DNA of 50,647 bases from a virus. Its lineage: Duplodnaviria; Caudoviricetes. Shown piece by piece: positions 1-8,956 of the stretch. How positions within the stretch are numbered: the stretch's first letter is position 1; each line of letters opens with the position of its first letter. The DNA lies in the IMG/VR virus record IMGVR_UViG_3300050138_000100, positions 1 through 50,647 of that record; one strand, 5' to 3'. Position numbers and translations under genes: made by a program. The notes beneath the pieces are model-generated. The model was not told where the DNA came from. It did no database searches and saw nothing but the letters and a program-made list of their open reading frames with translations.

Positions 1-85
1 GCACCAACCATATTACATAAATTACCAATAGTACAAAAAGCGGCCAAGTTGAGTGTACGCCAGATGGTTTAGGGTAATTGCTCAT
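1..85 (-). CDS. 5' part of a 65-aa putative membrane protein that continues across the circular junction into 50647..50535
   Basis: ATG at 85; the frame stays open when position 1 is joined to 50647: MSNYPKPSGVHSTWPLFVLLVIYVIWLV-HPFQNVKPLYY...QEGKK*. Confidence 0.7.
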   Translation of the reverse strand, partial: MSNYPKPSGVHSTWPLFVLLVIYVIWLV

Positions 86-87
86 AT

Positions 88-246
88 CTATACTTTCCTA
101 AGCCTCAAACATTTATTATGAAAATACATTCTTCGATAATCTTCATCTTCGTTCCAAGTATATTCTTGATTAGTATTACAGGGCTTTCGACAATAAATAC
201 ATTTGGGTCTTGTGCGTGTTAAACTAACTAATTGAAATACACTCAT
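88..246 (-). CDS. small Cys/His-rich hypothetical protein (52 aa)
   Basis: Manual translation MSVFQLVSLTRTRPKCIYCRKPC...FHNKCLRLRKV*; packed between neighbouring genes. Confidence 0.55.
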   Translation of the reverse strand: MSVFQLVSLTRTRPKCIYCRKPCNTNQEYTWNEDEDYRRMYFHNKCLRLRKV

Positions 247-462
247 TTATTTAGATACTCCTGCTCCACTTGGCGGATTCGCCGTGTCCGAGGTGGCTAA
301 AGGTTTCTTCAGCTCCACGTCGTTACGTTTATACTCAGCTTCTATGATTAGCTCAAGTCCACGTCTAAGTGTCTGTCCTTTAGAATGGGCGATAGCTTTC
401 ATCATAGAGTGATATGGGCGGTCTACCACTAGGTTAGCTTGTAGTTTCGGGTCGTAGGGCAT
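247..462 (-). CDS. small DNA-binding protein, ribbon-helix-helix-like
   Basis: Strand-helix-helix pattern NLVVDRPYHSMMKAIAHSKGQTLRRGLELII. Confidence 0.5.
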   Translation of the reverse strand: MPYDPKLQANLVVDRPYHSMMKAIAHSKGQTLRRGLELIIEAEYKRNDVELKKPLATSDTANPPSGAGVSK

Positions 463-489
463 TATTTACCTTTCTTTGGGTAGTAATAA

Positions 490-669
490 TCATAACTTTC
501 CTTTCTTACTTTGGGTGGCTTTAGGAGTATGTAACGGGCAGTCTCCGCTATACCAGAAGTTTACTCCACCGTTGCCGTCTGGAAATCCGTTGCCATAGTG
601 ATTATCTATCACAGGACAGAGGCAGCCTTGGTCTTGGGCTTCTTTGCTGCCGGGATTTGGTTTAGTCAT
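490..669 (-). CDS. small Cys-containing phage protein (59 aa)
   Basis: Manual translation MTKPNPGSKEAQDQGCLCPVIDNHYGNG...FWYSGDCPLH; ATGA overlap with the upstream gene. Confidence 0.6.
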   Translation of the reverse strand: MTKPNPGSKEAQDQGCLCPVIDNHYGNGFPDGNGGVNFWYSGDCPLHTPKATQSKKGKL

Positions 670-1388
670 ACCTTCTCCTTCCTATGGTTAAGGGCTTTAC
701 TGGCGGATTGGTGAACGCCATTCTTAGCTTCTAAGTTGTTACTAACCAAGTCGCTAGCTGGGTCATCAGCTTGGTTCATTTTTTTTAACTCCGCTAGTTT
801 CTTTTCCAGCTTTTTGACTTCTCGGTTTTTTAGGTCTTTAGCATTCAACTCTCTATATTTCTTGAGGATATTATAAAACTCATCATATATAGGCTTGGCG
901 TTCTCTAACCTCCAGTACAGGGTTTTATTAGTTGTATCTGAATAGTCAGGCTTATAACTTTTTAACTCTGCAAAGAAATCTTGAAATAGTTGTTGCTGTC
1001 CATTGTAGTCGTCACCAAAGATATAAGCACCCGTAGAAAAGCTAACCTCAAACAACCATTCGTCTTTAGGCTGTCTGCCGTCATCGCTCCACGAAATATA
1101 TTTACCGCTTCCATTATCCTTATCCTGTTCAGCGTTCTTAAAATGGCTAAATATCGTGTAGTCACCTGCCTTAAAGTAATTGTAGGAATAGGGCCTATAG
1201 GCATGGTCAATTTCTAATCCATATTTTTCGTACCATTCAATTAGTAATAGATGGTCTTTAGCACTTCTTTTCATATCATCAATATCACTAAACCCGTATG
1301 TATCCCTAAAATCAGGATAATTTTCACAGGCATCTAGAATATGTGTGTATGCCTTTTTCCATAACTTTACGTTAGTATCGTAACTCAT
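666..1388 (-). CDS. hypothetical protein (240 aa)
   Basis: Long ORF, ATGA-coupled on both sides. Confidence 0.75.
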   Translation of the reverse strand: MSYDTNVKLWKKAYTHILDACENYPDFRDTYGFSDIDDMKRSAKDHLLLIEWYEKYGLEIDHAYRPYSYNYFKAGDYTIFSHFKNAEQDKDNGSGKYISWSDDGRQPKDEWLFEVSFSTGAYIFGDDYNGQQQLFQDFFAELKSYKPDYSDTTNKTLYWRLENAKPIYDEFYNILKKYRELNAKDLKNREVKKLEKKLAELKKMNQADDPASDLVSNNLEAKNGVHQSASKALNHRKEKV

Positions 1389-1762
1389 TTTAAACTCCCT
1401 ATTACTTCTTTTAATTGCTCTTGAAAGGCTGGGGCGCTGCTATCTACCACAACACCTACTCTGCCCCACTGATATACCATCTTAAACAGCTCAGACACCA
1501 AGATAGGGTCAGCGACTTGGTTGCCACCTACTGAGGCAGTATCACTTGGCTTGTCTAATCCGCCCAGTTTAGCTTCTATGATTTTATTAGTAGTGTAGAC
1601 GCTTATGGCTGCTTTGGCTTTTGTAATTGCTTCATCTGCGCCTGGTAAATCCTCATCACTTCCGTATGTAACACCTTTATAGAGGAAGCGCCTCCTTGTG
1701 CCAAAAAGTATGGATAGCAATATCTTCTCTAGCTCATCTTCTGGCGGATTAGAAACGCTCAT
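1385..1762 (-). CDS. hypothetical protein
   Basis: ORF preceded by the AGCCAGTCTAGGGGG junction motif. Confidence 0.65.
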   Translation of the reverse strand: MSVSNPPEDELEKILLSILFGTRRRFLYKGVTYGSDEDLPGADEAITKAKAAISVYTTNKIIEAKLGGLDKPSDTASVGGNQVADPILVSELFKMVYQWGRVGVVVDSSAPAFQEQLKEVIGSLK

Positions 1763-1767
1763 CTTGC

Positions 1768-2225
1768 CCCCCTAGACTGGCTACTTCCCGGCTAAAAACA
1801 GCTATGGCTTCATACGGATTGAGAGGCACGACATTGACTAACTGCCATATAGGTTCAGCTTCTTTTATCGCCTGTTCCAAGCCAGTTGTAGCAGTACTAA
1901 ACTTGATATGCTTGTATTCAGTCATGCTGGTCTCCTAGATACGCCTGGTGGTTTGGGGTTATTCATCTTTACTCCTTAAACCAGCCTTAATAAACTTTCC
2001 CCTGTATGGTGGAGGTTTTTTGCCCCATCCGCTATAAATAACTCCCCACGGCATTATTGTTTACCCCCTAGACTGGCTCTTATAATTCCGTTTTTATGGA
2101 TAGGACAAGTTTTCCATGAGTTTGCAGCAGAGCTGCAAGTACAAACAATAACTTGCCCTTTGGTATTTTCAGTAGCATTAAATATAACGTGTTTAATCAT
2201 TTCTTCTCCTTTAGACTGGCTTGTA
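1768..2225 (-). repeat. gene-junction motif AGCCAGTCTA plus purine run (copies at 1768-1782, 2064-2078, 2212-2225; fourth copy at 50502-50519)
   Basis: Plus-strand TAGACTGGCT occurs four times, each near the 3' end of one ORF and directly before the next RBS/ATG. Confidence 0.75.
2054..2200 (-). CDS. small Cys-containing hypothetical protein
   Basis: AAGGAG RBS then ATG at 2200; CTC...CPIH. Confidence 0.55.
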   Translation of the reverse strand: MIKHVIFNATENTKGQVIVCTCSSAANSWKTCPIHKNGIIRASLGGKQ

Positions 2226-2532
2226 GTTCGGCTAAACACCTTTTAATATATCTTTTGTTGTCTCGTATAGCAGCCGCTATTAATCCTGTGCTGTCATTTA
2301 TTGAAGCCCAAGCAGTATTTTGGAGCTCCATCATTTCGACCTTAGCCCTCACCCGTTCCTGTTGTAGGAGTGTTTCAAGGTCGCTAATTTTAGCCAGTGA
2401 TATAAACTTTTCACCTTTTAATCTAATGCCGTGGTCAACAAATAGGACTGGGGTATCAATGGGGGCATGAACTGGCGACATCACAAAATGCTCTAATTTA
2501 TATTCCTTACGAGGTTCTATTTTATCTGTCAT
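2197..2532 (-). CDS. hypothetical protein
   Basis: ATGA-coupled ORF. Confidence 0.65.
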   Translation of the reverse strand: MTDKIEPRKEYKLEHFVMSPVHAPIDTPVLFVDHGIRLKGEKFISLAKISDLETLLQQERVRAKVEMMELQNTAWASINDSTGLIAAAIRDNKRYIKRCLAELQASLKEKK

Positions 2533-2897
2533 TTCTGTAGCTCCTTTAGACGGTTTCTAATTCTTGGTACTGAAATATGACGAGTATTTTTCCAGTCGTA
2601 GCCTTTGAGATACTCACCAAACCAATAGTCAATTTCATCAATCCGAACCCCAACCTCAAAAGCCTCTAACCGCTGCCGTACTTCTGACTTAGATAACGGG
2701 TGGTAGAGTTTGTTTATTTGGGCTTTGGCTTCGGCTTCAGATTTCTCAAAAGCAGCAAGCAATTCATCATCAGAATATTTAACTTCATCAGCTTTAATAA
2801 GACTGTTTCTAGCATGATATTTAGAAAATATCTCATCCAACGAATCTATAGGGTGGACTTTAGTTAGGTCTCGGATTAATTGGTCTAGGTTAGTCAT
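2529..2897 (-). CDS. hypothetical protein
   Basis: ATGA-coupled ORF. Confidence 0.65.
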   Translation of the reverse strand: MTNLDQLIRDLTKVHPIDSLDEIFSKYHARNSLIKADEVKYSDDELLAAFEKSEAEAKAQINKLYHPLSKSEVRQRLEAFEVGVRIDEIDYWFGEYLKGYDWKNTRHISVPRIRNRLKELQK

Positions 2898-2900
2898 GGT

Positions 2901-3173
2901 TTACCCGACTACCGCTATTGGTTTCATGTAGTCACTATAATCGGACATAATTGCGACTGCTTCTTCTACAGCCCCGCCAAATTCAATCTGATGAGGTAGG
3001 TCAAAAACGTGGTAGAACTTTCCTTCGTTAACACCATCTTTGATGTTCTGTTGTCTTTCAAAACCTGCTTCATGCAATAACTTCATCATTTCTTCAATCT
3101 TTTCTTTAGCTTCTGGCTTCTCTGGGTCTTCGCTATGTCGAGGCTGTACTAGATTTCCAAACTTTACAATCAT
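2901..3173 (-). CDS. hypothetical protein
   Basis: ORF with AAAGGA RBS in a tightly packed operon. Confidence 0.65.
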   Translation of the reverse strand: MIVKFGNLVQPRHSEDPEKPEAKEKIEEMMKLLHEAGFERQQNIKDGVNEGKFYHVFDLPHQIEFGGAVEEAVAIMSDYSDYMKPIAVVG

Positions 3174-3174
3174 A

Positions 3175-3852
3175 TCAATTTCCTTTCAGCTCCGCTTCCA
3201 CCTTAAAAATCTTCTCTAGCAAATCAGAGTTCCGGTTGAGGGCTTTAGTGTTTTCCTGCAAGTCCGTGGCAGAAGATAAAAAATCAGGAGAGGAAAGAGA
3301 TTGAGGCCCCACCGCACGACGCGAAACATCGTCAATCACGACGACGGAGCGGCCGACAAACGCCCCGCCGTCACCGTCGACGAGGGCGCGCGGAAAGGTC
3401 CCGTCGCTAGGCTCCAAGTCATAGAAACGGGTATAGGTACTGCTCCAATTTAGAGTCTCACCCAATTCCCGTAACACAAACCAATAAACAATGCTTTCCA
3501 ATAATGTAGGGATTTTGGTGTCAAATTTTTGCTTATGGTACTGGGCATAGGTCATTGCCGGTATGTTGGCTTCATGCGGAATATAGATAGACCGGTAAGC
3601 CTTGCCAGTCGGTACGCCGCATAGCTCAGTAGCCTGATATTTATTGATGAAATCTTTATTGAAATATGTGGATATTGGTTGGTATTTGCCAAAAGCGACA
3701 GCCAGTTTTTCCAGCTTATCGACAGTGAAGACCTCATCCGGCACGATAACCAGTGAAGCGCCGGGTACTGCTTGGAAGCCCTCGGTAATATTGGCAGGCT
3801 TGACACCTAGAATCTTACAAATTTGTTTATAGGTTTTGATTGACGGGTTCAT
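3175..3852 (-). CDS. hypothetical protein with a DGR variable-region-like segment
   Basis: Adenine-depleted, NNC-codon-rich patch at 3305-3406 encoding ...RALVDGDGGAFVGRSVVVIDDVSRRAVG. Confidence 0.65.
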   Translation of the reverse strand: MNPSIKTYKQICKILGVKPANITEGFQAVPGASLVIVPDEVFTVDKLEKLAVAFGKYQPISTYFNKDFINKYQATELCGVPTGKAYRSIYIPHEANIPAMTYAQYHKQKFDTKIPTLLESIVYWFVLRELGETLNWSSTYTRFYDLEPSDGTFPRALVDGDGGAFVGRSVVVIDDVSRRAVGPQSLSSPDFLSSATDLQENTKALNRNSDLLEKIFKVEAELKGN

Positions 3853-3888
3853 ACCTTCTCTCCTTCCTATGGTGATTTATAGCGTTCA

Positions 3889-4080
3889 TTAGTAAGTTAA
3901 TACCAATCCTAGAAATATCACTATTCGGGCGACGACTAGCTGCAAATCAGCGTCCTTACTGCCGATATGGGCGGTCAATATACCAACCTCGTGCTTTGCC
4001 GAGTTCAGCCCTCGCCAAATCGCCATAAACAGCTCCTGGTGAGCCCACAGCGTACCGTCCATGTCAATCGCTACCTTCAT
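3889..4080 (-). pseudogene. truncated HAD-superfamily hydrolase
   Basis: HAD motif I (VAIDMDGTL) and a motif II-like ILTA, but only 63 aa; ends in an unrelated hydrophobic tail. Confidence 0.55.
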
Positions 4081-4562
4081 AGCAAACTCGCTTGCAAACT
4101 AGGCTTGCGCACTGGTCGGAAGCCAATCATGTTACCGGCGTCGTCGAAATACTCGAACGTCGTCACTATGGCGTCGCTGCCGCGATAGACTTCGCGCACG
4201 TCGATCGTCTGGCTACTGTGATCGACAATATGATTATTCCTAACTAACACGAACTTCGGTAGCTCGAGCTTTCCTCGCAAAAAAGCCCAGCCGTTACGTG
4301 TTATCAGCCAACGTCCGCGGACCCGGTTGCCGAAATGGTCGCGCCCTGGCGTTACCAGGCCGTGATACCTTAGCTTCTGGAAATTATTAAACACCTTGAA
4401 CTCGCTCTCGTCGGCGATATCGCGGACCATAAAATCGTTCTTCTTGGTCTGCATAACGTGCGACGCGGCTCGCTTGAGCATGGTCAGCTTCATTTTACCC
4501 AAGTGTTCCCTGTGCGCTTCCATGATCGTCTGACCGCAGCTGTGGCAAACGTCCTTAGCCAT
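4077..4562 (-). CDS. hypothetical protein, CxxC plus possible winged-helix domain
   Basis: CHSCG; NNFQKLRYHGLV...GRWLITRNGWAFL pattern. Confidence 0.55.
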   Translation of the reverse strand: MAKDVCHSCGQTIMEAHREHLGKMKLTMLKRAASHVMQTKKNDFMVRDIADESEFKVFNNFQKLRYHGLVTPGRDHFGNRVRGRWLITRNGWAFLRGKLELPKFVLVRNNHIVDHSSQTIDVREVYRGSDAIVTTFEYFDDAGNMIGFRPVRKPSLQASLL

Positions 4563-4711
4563 TTTTGACCTTCTTTCTCGGCGGCTGATTTTCGGCTCTC
4601 AACCTCGCTAATGTTTCGCTCCGTAAGTCGAACGCGTCAGTCCAGCTCTTGACGGCAGCGCGCGACGCATTGATCATCAACTCGGCTTGCTCGGCTTCCT
4701 TTAGGGCTAGA

Positions 4712-4903
4712 TCAATTTTTTCCTGAGCCGTCATTTCTACCCTCTCTTATCGCGTCATAAAACACGTGTATAAGTGCAACTACTACAGCGATTAGCAGAG
4801 CTATCAAGATAACCAGCACGATCGCCGCTAAGCAAACCACTATGGCGTACGATATGTCGTGCAAAATCATTTTTTGGCCTCTGCTTCTTGCTGCTCGAGC
4901 CAT
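4712..4903 (-). CDS. small membrane protein
   Basis: Long hydrophobic stretch. Confidence 0.5.
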   Translation of the reverse strand: MARAARSRGQKMILHDISYAIVVCLAAIVLVILIALLIAVVVALIHVFYDAIREGRNDGSGKN

Positions 4904-5094
4904 TTACCAATAATCAGCATGGCGTTTTCGGTTGTTTGCTTCATAACGACCACCTTGTTTTCGTGGCGGCTCGGGGCCAGCTTCTTCGGATTAACCGGCA
5001 TACCTTCGAAATTGCTCAGACCGGCCATAATCTCAACGGCTAAGGCGTTGCGCAGCCGTAATAATTCTTTGCCTTTAAGTTTTGGGAGTTTCAT
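4867..5094 (-). CDS. hypothetical protein
   Basis: ORF in a packed operon. Confidence 0.55.
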   Translation of the reverse strand: MKLPKLKGKELLRLRNALAVEIMAGLSNFEGMPVNPKKLAPSRHENKVVVMKQTTENAMLIIGKWLEQQEAEAKK

Positions 5095-5473
5095 CGTCGG
5101 CGCTCCTAAATTGATCTTCTTCTACTATATCAAGTGCCAGCTGCTTTTCATCATCACTCAGTGGTCGTTCAGTGAAAATCTCGCCGGTATCGAGCCGCAA
5201 TTCTTCGCGTATACCCTTCTCAAAATCGAAGCGGACCTCTACGGTAACTTCCCGGTACTCTTTGCCGGTGGACACTGTGCTGCTCAGCTCATTTCGCTTT
5301 GCTTCGTGCAGCTTTATCTCACTGGTTAGCTGAGCGTCCAGTGACTTTTTGGCGTCTTTAGCGCGCTCCACCCTTGTCACGGCGCCGGCCAGTTGCTGCG
5401 ATCTGTCGGCCAACTCCTCATTGGTTAGACTGCAAGGTAGGTTTTGAACTTCACGTTCGCGTTTTACTTTCAT
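5075..5473 (-). CDS. hypothetical coiled-coil protein
   Basis: GGAGACAGCG-CA-ATG start; C-terminal RLDTGEIFTERPLSDDEKQLAL. Confidence 0.7.
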   Translation of the reverse strand: MKVKREREVQNLPCSLTNEELADRSQQLAGAVTRVERAKDAKKSLDAQLTSEIKLHEAKRNELSSTVSTGKEYREVTVEVRFDFEKGIREELRLDTGEIFTERPLSDDEKQLALDIVEEDQFRSADDETPKT

Positions 5474-5525
5474 TGCGCTGTCTCCTTTGACTTCAATCTA
5501 ATTGTATCAAAAAAATAAGCATAAG

Positions 5526-5783
5526 TCAATCATTTATACCTCTGTTGAGGCGCTTCATTGCCTGCAAGTCTTTCGACGCCGCCGTGACGTCTCGAATCTC
5601 TTTGCTGGACATCTTAACGGTGACGCTATCCTCGCCGATCGCCATGCTCTGGTTTATGAAGCCCTGGACAACGTTTTCGAGCAGCGTAATGCGCTTGCCT
5701 TCGTCCTTGAGCACTTCGTTGACGTCTTTGGCGTTCGGCGTCAGCACGACGGCCTTGATTTTGACCGACTTCTTGCTAGCCAT
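5526..5783 (-). CDS. hypothetical protein
   Basis: ORF in operon. Confidence 0.55.
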   Translation of the reverse strand: MASKKSVKIKAVVLTPNAKDVNEVLKDEGKRITLLENVVQGFINQSMAIGEDSVTVKMSSKEIRDVTAASKDLQAMKRLNRGIND

Positions 5784-5908
5784 GCCGCTTGCCGGTCTTC
5801 GCCTTTTTCTGATACATCTGCTTGCGCAGTCGGGTGAACACGTACTTGTTAAAATCGTCGCCGGTCAAGCCCTTTTCGCGGGCCTCGGCTTCCAGCTCGT
5901 CTCGGGTT

Positions 5909-6322
5909 TTACGCTTTGCCTTCAAAATCTATCTCCTCTCGACGGTCCTTATAGCAGAACAGGTGCACGTGGTACAGGCCCATTATACTCCGGCGGCGCT
6001 GCATATTGTCGATCATGCCGTCGTAATTTTGCTCGCCGTACGTCTCCAAAATACGCATTAAATCGAAATACTCGACCGGCAGCATTGCGCCGCGCGTGGC
6101 AAAATCCCGTTTCGGTATCAGCAGATCGTGCTTGCTAAAAACGGCGTCGTACGGATAGCGGTTTCTAATCAAAAGCCACTGCTTAAACTCCTCGACTACC
6201 ATCTCTTTGCGTACGTCGGTCAGCTTATCGTCTTTGGCGGCCTTCTGGTAGGCGCGTTCGGCGGCGGCGCTGCGCAGGCTCATCGGTAGGCGTTCAGCCT
6301 TTGATTTTTTTCGGCTTGTCAT
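5909..6322 (-). CDS. HIT-like nucleotide hydrolase/transferase
   Basis: WLLIRNRYPY...HDLLIPKR...SIMGLYHVHL resembles HIT-fold motifs, with an incomplete histidine triad. Confidence 0.6.
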   Translation of the reverse strand: MTSRKKSKAERLPMSLRSAAAERAYQKAAKDDKLTDVRKEMVVEEFKQWLLIRNRYPYDAVFSKHDLLIPKRDFATRGAMLPVEYFDLMRILETYGEQNYDGMIDNMQRRRSIMGLYHVHLFCYKDRREEIDFEGKA

Positions 6323-7055
6323 GCTCCCCCTTCTCGCGCTGTTCGTAGTAAACGTCCACGATATCCATCATCAGGCTCATTACGCCGGCAATATTTCGTA
6401 TATCTTCGTAACGGCTAATCTTGTGCACGGTCGCGACAAAATGCTTGAAGTCGTCGACGTCGGCCACGTACTTTTTAGCTTCCGGCACGAGCCGGTCGAT
6501 CAGCTGCTCGAAGCGCTCACTGCCGGACTTCATAAACATAATGTAGATCGGCTCAAACTCGAACTCCACGTCTAGGTCGTCGACGTTTATGCTCGGAATA
6601 TCCATCGCCACGTCCAGCTCCGTCAGGCCCGACGCCATGCGCTGATTCACGTCTTCAATACTCTCGTACAGCTTCTTGAGCAGCTCCGGGTTACTAAAGC
6701 CACTTAACGCGTTGTGCGCCAGTTGCTTCGCTGTAATTTCGTCATCACTTAGCTCGCGCTCGATGACAATTACGAATATCTCCATAATGCCAGCTACCCT
6801 AGCGCTGCGGGCCCGATGATGACCCGATATAATCAGGAACTCTGGCGGCTTCCTTGATGTTAACAAGACCAGCGGCAAGCTTTCAAGTGCACCCTCGGCC
6901 TTCATGTTCTGCGCCAGCTGATTAAACTTGTCCTCAGACATCACCTGAGCGTTGACGTCGGCTTCGCGCAGAGAATCAAGATGTACGCGCCAGATAGCCA
7001 TACCTGGAGTTAGTTCCAATAAACGCTCTGGTTCAGGTATGTCCGTTTTACTCAT
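6294..7055 (-). CDS. ParB/Sulfiredoxin N-terminal domain protein
   Basis: NAQVMS...LPLV...FLIISGHHRARSARVAG, a ParB-like GxxR motif. Confidence 0.8.
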   Translation of the reverse strand: MSKTDIPEPERLLELTPGMAIWRVHLDSLREADVNAQVMSEDKFNQLAQNMKAEGALESLPLVLLTSRKPPEFLIISGHHRARSARVAGIMEIFVIVIERELSDDEITAKQLAHNALSGFSNPELLKKLYESIEDVNQRMASGLTELDVAMDIPSINVDDLDVEFEFEPIYIMFMKSGSERFEQLIDRLVPEAKKYVADVDDFKHFVATVHKISRYEDIRNIAGVMSLMMDIVDVYYEQREKGEHDKPKKIKG

Positions 7056-7519
7056 GTCGCTAATGCCTTATTTAACTGATACCATGTGCGCATAGCCTCA
7101 CCCCTGCACTCACGACAGTTGCGTCTACCGTTAGGCGTGACATAAGTATTTTTTTTATCGTAGACGTGACCTTGCGGACAGTGAGTTTTTGAACGATGTT
7201 GAGCGCCTGTTTTTTGGCCGGTCTTGCCACGCTTATTATTTTCCCTATGCGTGACTGGCTCCAAATGAGCAGGGTTTACACAGCGTCGGTGCTGGCAGGT
7301 TTTGCCACCTAAACAACTCTTGTCAGCATTGTGGCAGGTATGGTCGAGCTCCAGGCCGGCCGCGATCGGGCCGACGATTAGCTCGTAGGAAATACGGTGG
7401 GCTTGCAAAGTTCTGCCTTCAAACCAAAATCTACCATATCCACGACTTAGCTTAGCTGTCCATAGCCAACAGCTATCTGTTTTTTTGACCTTAGTCCAGA
7501 ATCGTTTATTTATTAACAT
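7052..7519 (-). CDS. HNH homing endonuclease
   Basis: RFWTKVKKTDSCWLWT...AHRISYE...LDHTC...CVNPAHLEPVTHREN plus C-terminal HCPQGH...CREC. Confidence 0.9.
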   Translation of the reverse strand: MLINKRFWTKVKKTDSCWLWTAKLSRGYGRFWFEGRTLQAHRISYELIVGPIAAGLELDHTCHNADKSCLGGKTCQHRRCVNPAHLEPVTHRENNKRGKTGQKTGAQHRSKTHCPQGHVYDKKNTYVTPNGRRNCRECRGEAMRTWYQLNKALAT

Positions 7520-8942
7520 CTGCCACTAACTCCTTCGGCTTAGCAAACTCGACTTCCTCAGCCAAAAAGCGGCGGACCTGATCGGCGAACGTCTCCTGCC
7601 GGAACTCGGCCTGGTACATGATTTTATACATGCCGTCCTTCATACGCTCGCGCTTCTCGACGGTCAAAATACCATTGTTCAGCTTCACCTTACGATACTT
7701 GCTCAGGCACGTCGTCCGCAAGCCCTTCATGTAATAATAGCGATTCACGCGGCTGGCCTGGTCGTGCACCAAGTCGCCAAACTCCTGGCAGGTGATCGCC
7801 AACATCAGCAGTCGGTTGGCCCGCGCATACTTCTCGAGCGACACGTTAAAGCCGTAATTCTCGAACACGTAGTCCTGCTGCAAGCGGAACATGTGGCTCA
7901 GCATAAACGCGCAGGTCGCAAACACCTTGCCATCGAGCAACATCAAAAAGAAATGCTCGCCGCTGGTTTGACCCAGCTTGTGCGCGAATAAGTCCCGGTA
8001 GTATAGCGCTACGTTGGCTGGGACGGTGACAAAGCTAATCCTGGTATCTTCGGTAATCTCGTCGTCGTCACTGAATAGCGGGGCCTTATATGGCTTGAGC
8101 TCGCGCCGGCCGAACGTGGCGATCTTGTTCAACCCCTTCCAGTCCTTGAGCAGCTCCGGCTTCGTGCAGAGCCAGTAATCTATCTTCTGCACGTTGTACT
8201 GCTTGGCATAAATAACCTGCTCGCTATCAAACCCGGCAACGGACCGGCTGCGATACCACACGAACGGTGCCGGGCTTTTGAGCGTCTGCTCGTACATGTC
8301 GCGGTACTCCTTGCCAAAGCTAAACTCCGGTACGTTCGGGTCAAACTCGATGTCGCTACCGAAGTCAAACATCTTCGTATAGCCGTTACTGAAAACAGGC
8401 GGGTTAACCACAACCAAATCCCCATGTGTATAACGGGCAGTCAAAACTTCGCGCATATCTTGTAGCTCGTACTTGACACCAGCAAAATAAGGCTTCATGG
8501 CCTTGACCTTGCCCTTCAAGATTTCCCGGTGCTTCTCTCCGTTAATCAGCAAATCCTCGAGCTGGGCCTTCATGTAATGCACCTTGCGTATCTGGCATAC
8601 CTTCATCAGCCAGAGCAGATACGCTACGCGCTCGACGTCACTCTGGCAGAGCTGATAATCGTCGAACCACGCGTCACCTACCTTAAACTCGATCTCACGC
8701 ACCTTACGGCCGGCGAAGTAATACCCGAGCAACGTGCTGTACAGCGATATGTCGCTCGTGTAAATATTCTCTTTGGCAAACCCGGCTTCGATCGCGCAGC
8801 GGGCCAGCGTGAACTGACCGACCGCGGGCAAAAATATACGACTGTGGCCCAAGTCATAAAACTGCTTGAGTACAGCCGTCAGATACTTACGCTGATCGGC
8901 GGGGGTATGCCCCAAGAATATGCTCTCGTTTTTACTTACCAT
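7506..8942 (-). CDS. putative DNA-modification protein: adenine-methyltransferase-like N-terminal domain plus a second (possibly GNAT-like) C-terminal domain
   Basis: Motif I-like IFLPAVGQF...TSDIS and motif IV variant VVNPPVF; start moved to ATG 8942 after AGGAGACAACG; next to a ParB-like gene. Confidence 0.6.
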   Translation of the reverse strand: MVSKNESIFLGHTPADQRKYLTAVLKQFYDLGHSRIFLPAVGQFTLARCAIEAGFAKENIYTSDISLYSTLLGYYFAGRKVREIEFKVGDAWFDDYQLCQSDVERVAYLLWLMKVCQIRKVHYMKAQLEDLLINGEKHREILKGKVKAMKPYFAGVKYELQDMREVLTARYTHGDLVVVNPPVFSNGYTKMFDFGSDIEFDPNVPEFSFGKEYRDMYEQTLKSPAPFVWYRSRSVAGFDSEQVIYAKQYNVQKIDYWLCTKPELLKDWKGLNKIATFGRRELKPYKAPLFSDDDEITEDTRISFVTVPANVALYYRDLFAHKLGQTSGEHFFLMLLDGKVFATCAFMLSHMFRLQQDYVFENYGFNVSLEKYARANRLLMLAITCQEFGDLVHDQASRVNRYYYMKGLRTTCLSKYRKVKLNNGILTVEKRERMKDGMYKIMYQAEFRQETFADQVRRFLAEEVEFAKPKELVADVNK

Positions 8943-8956
8943 AAACCGTTGTCTCC

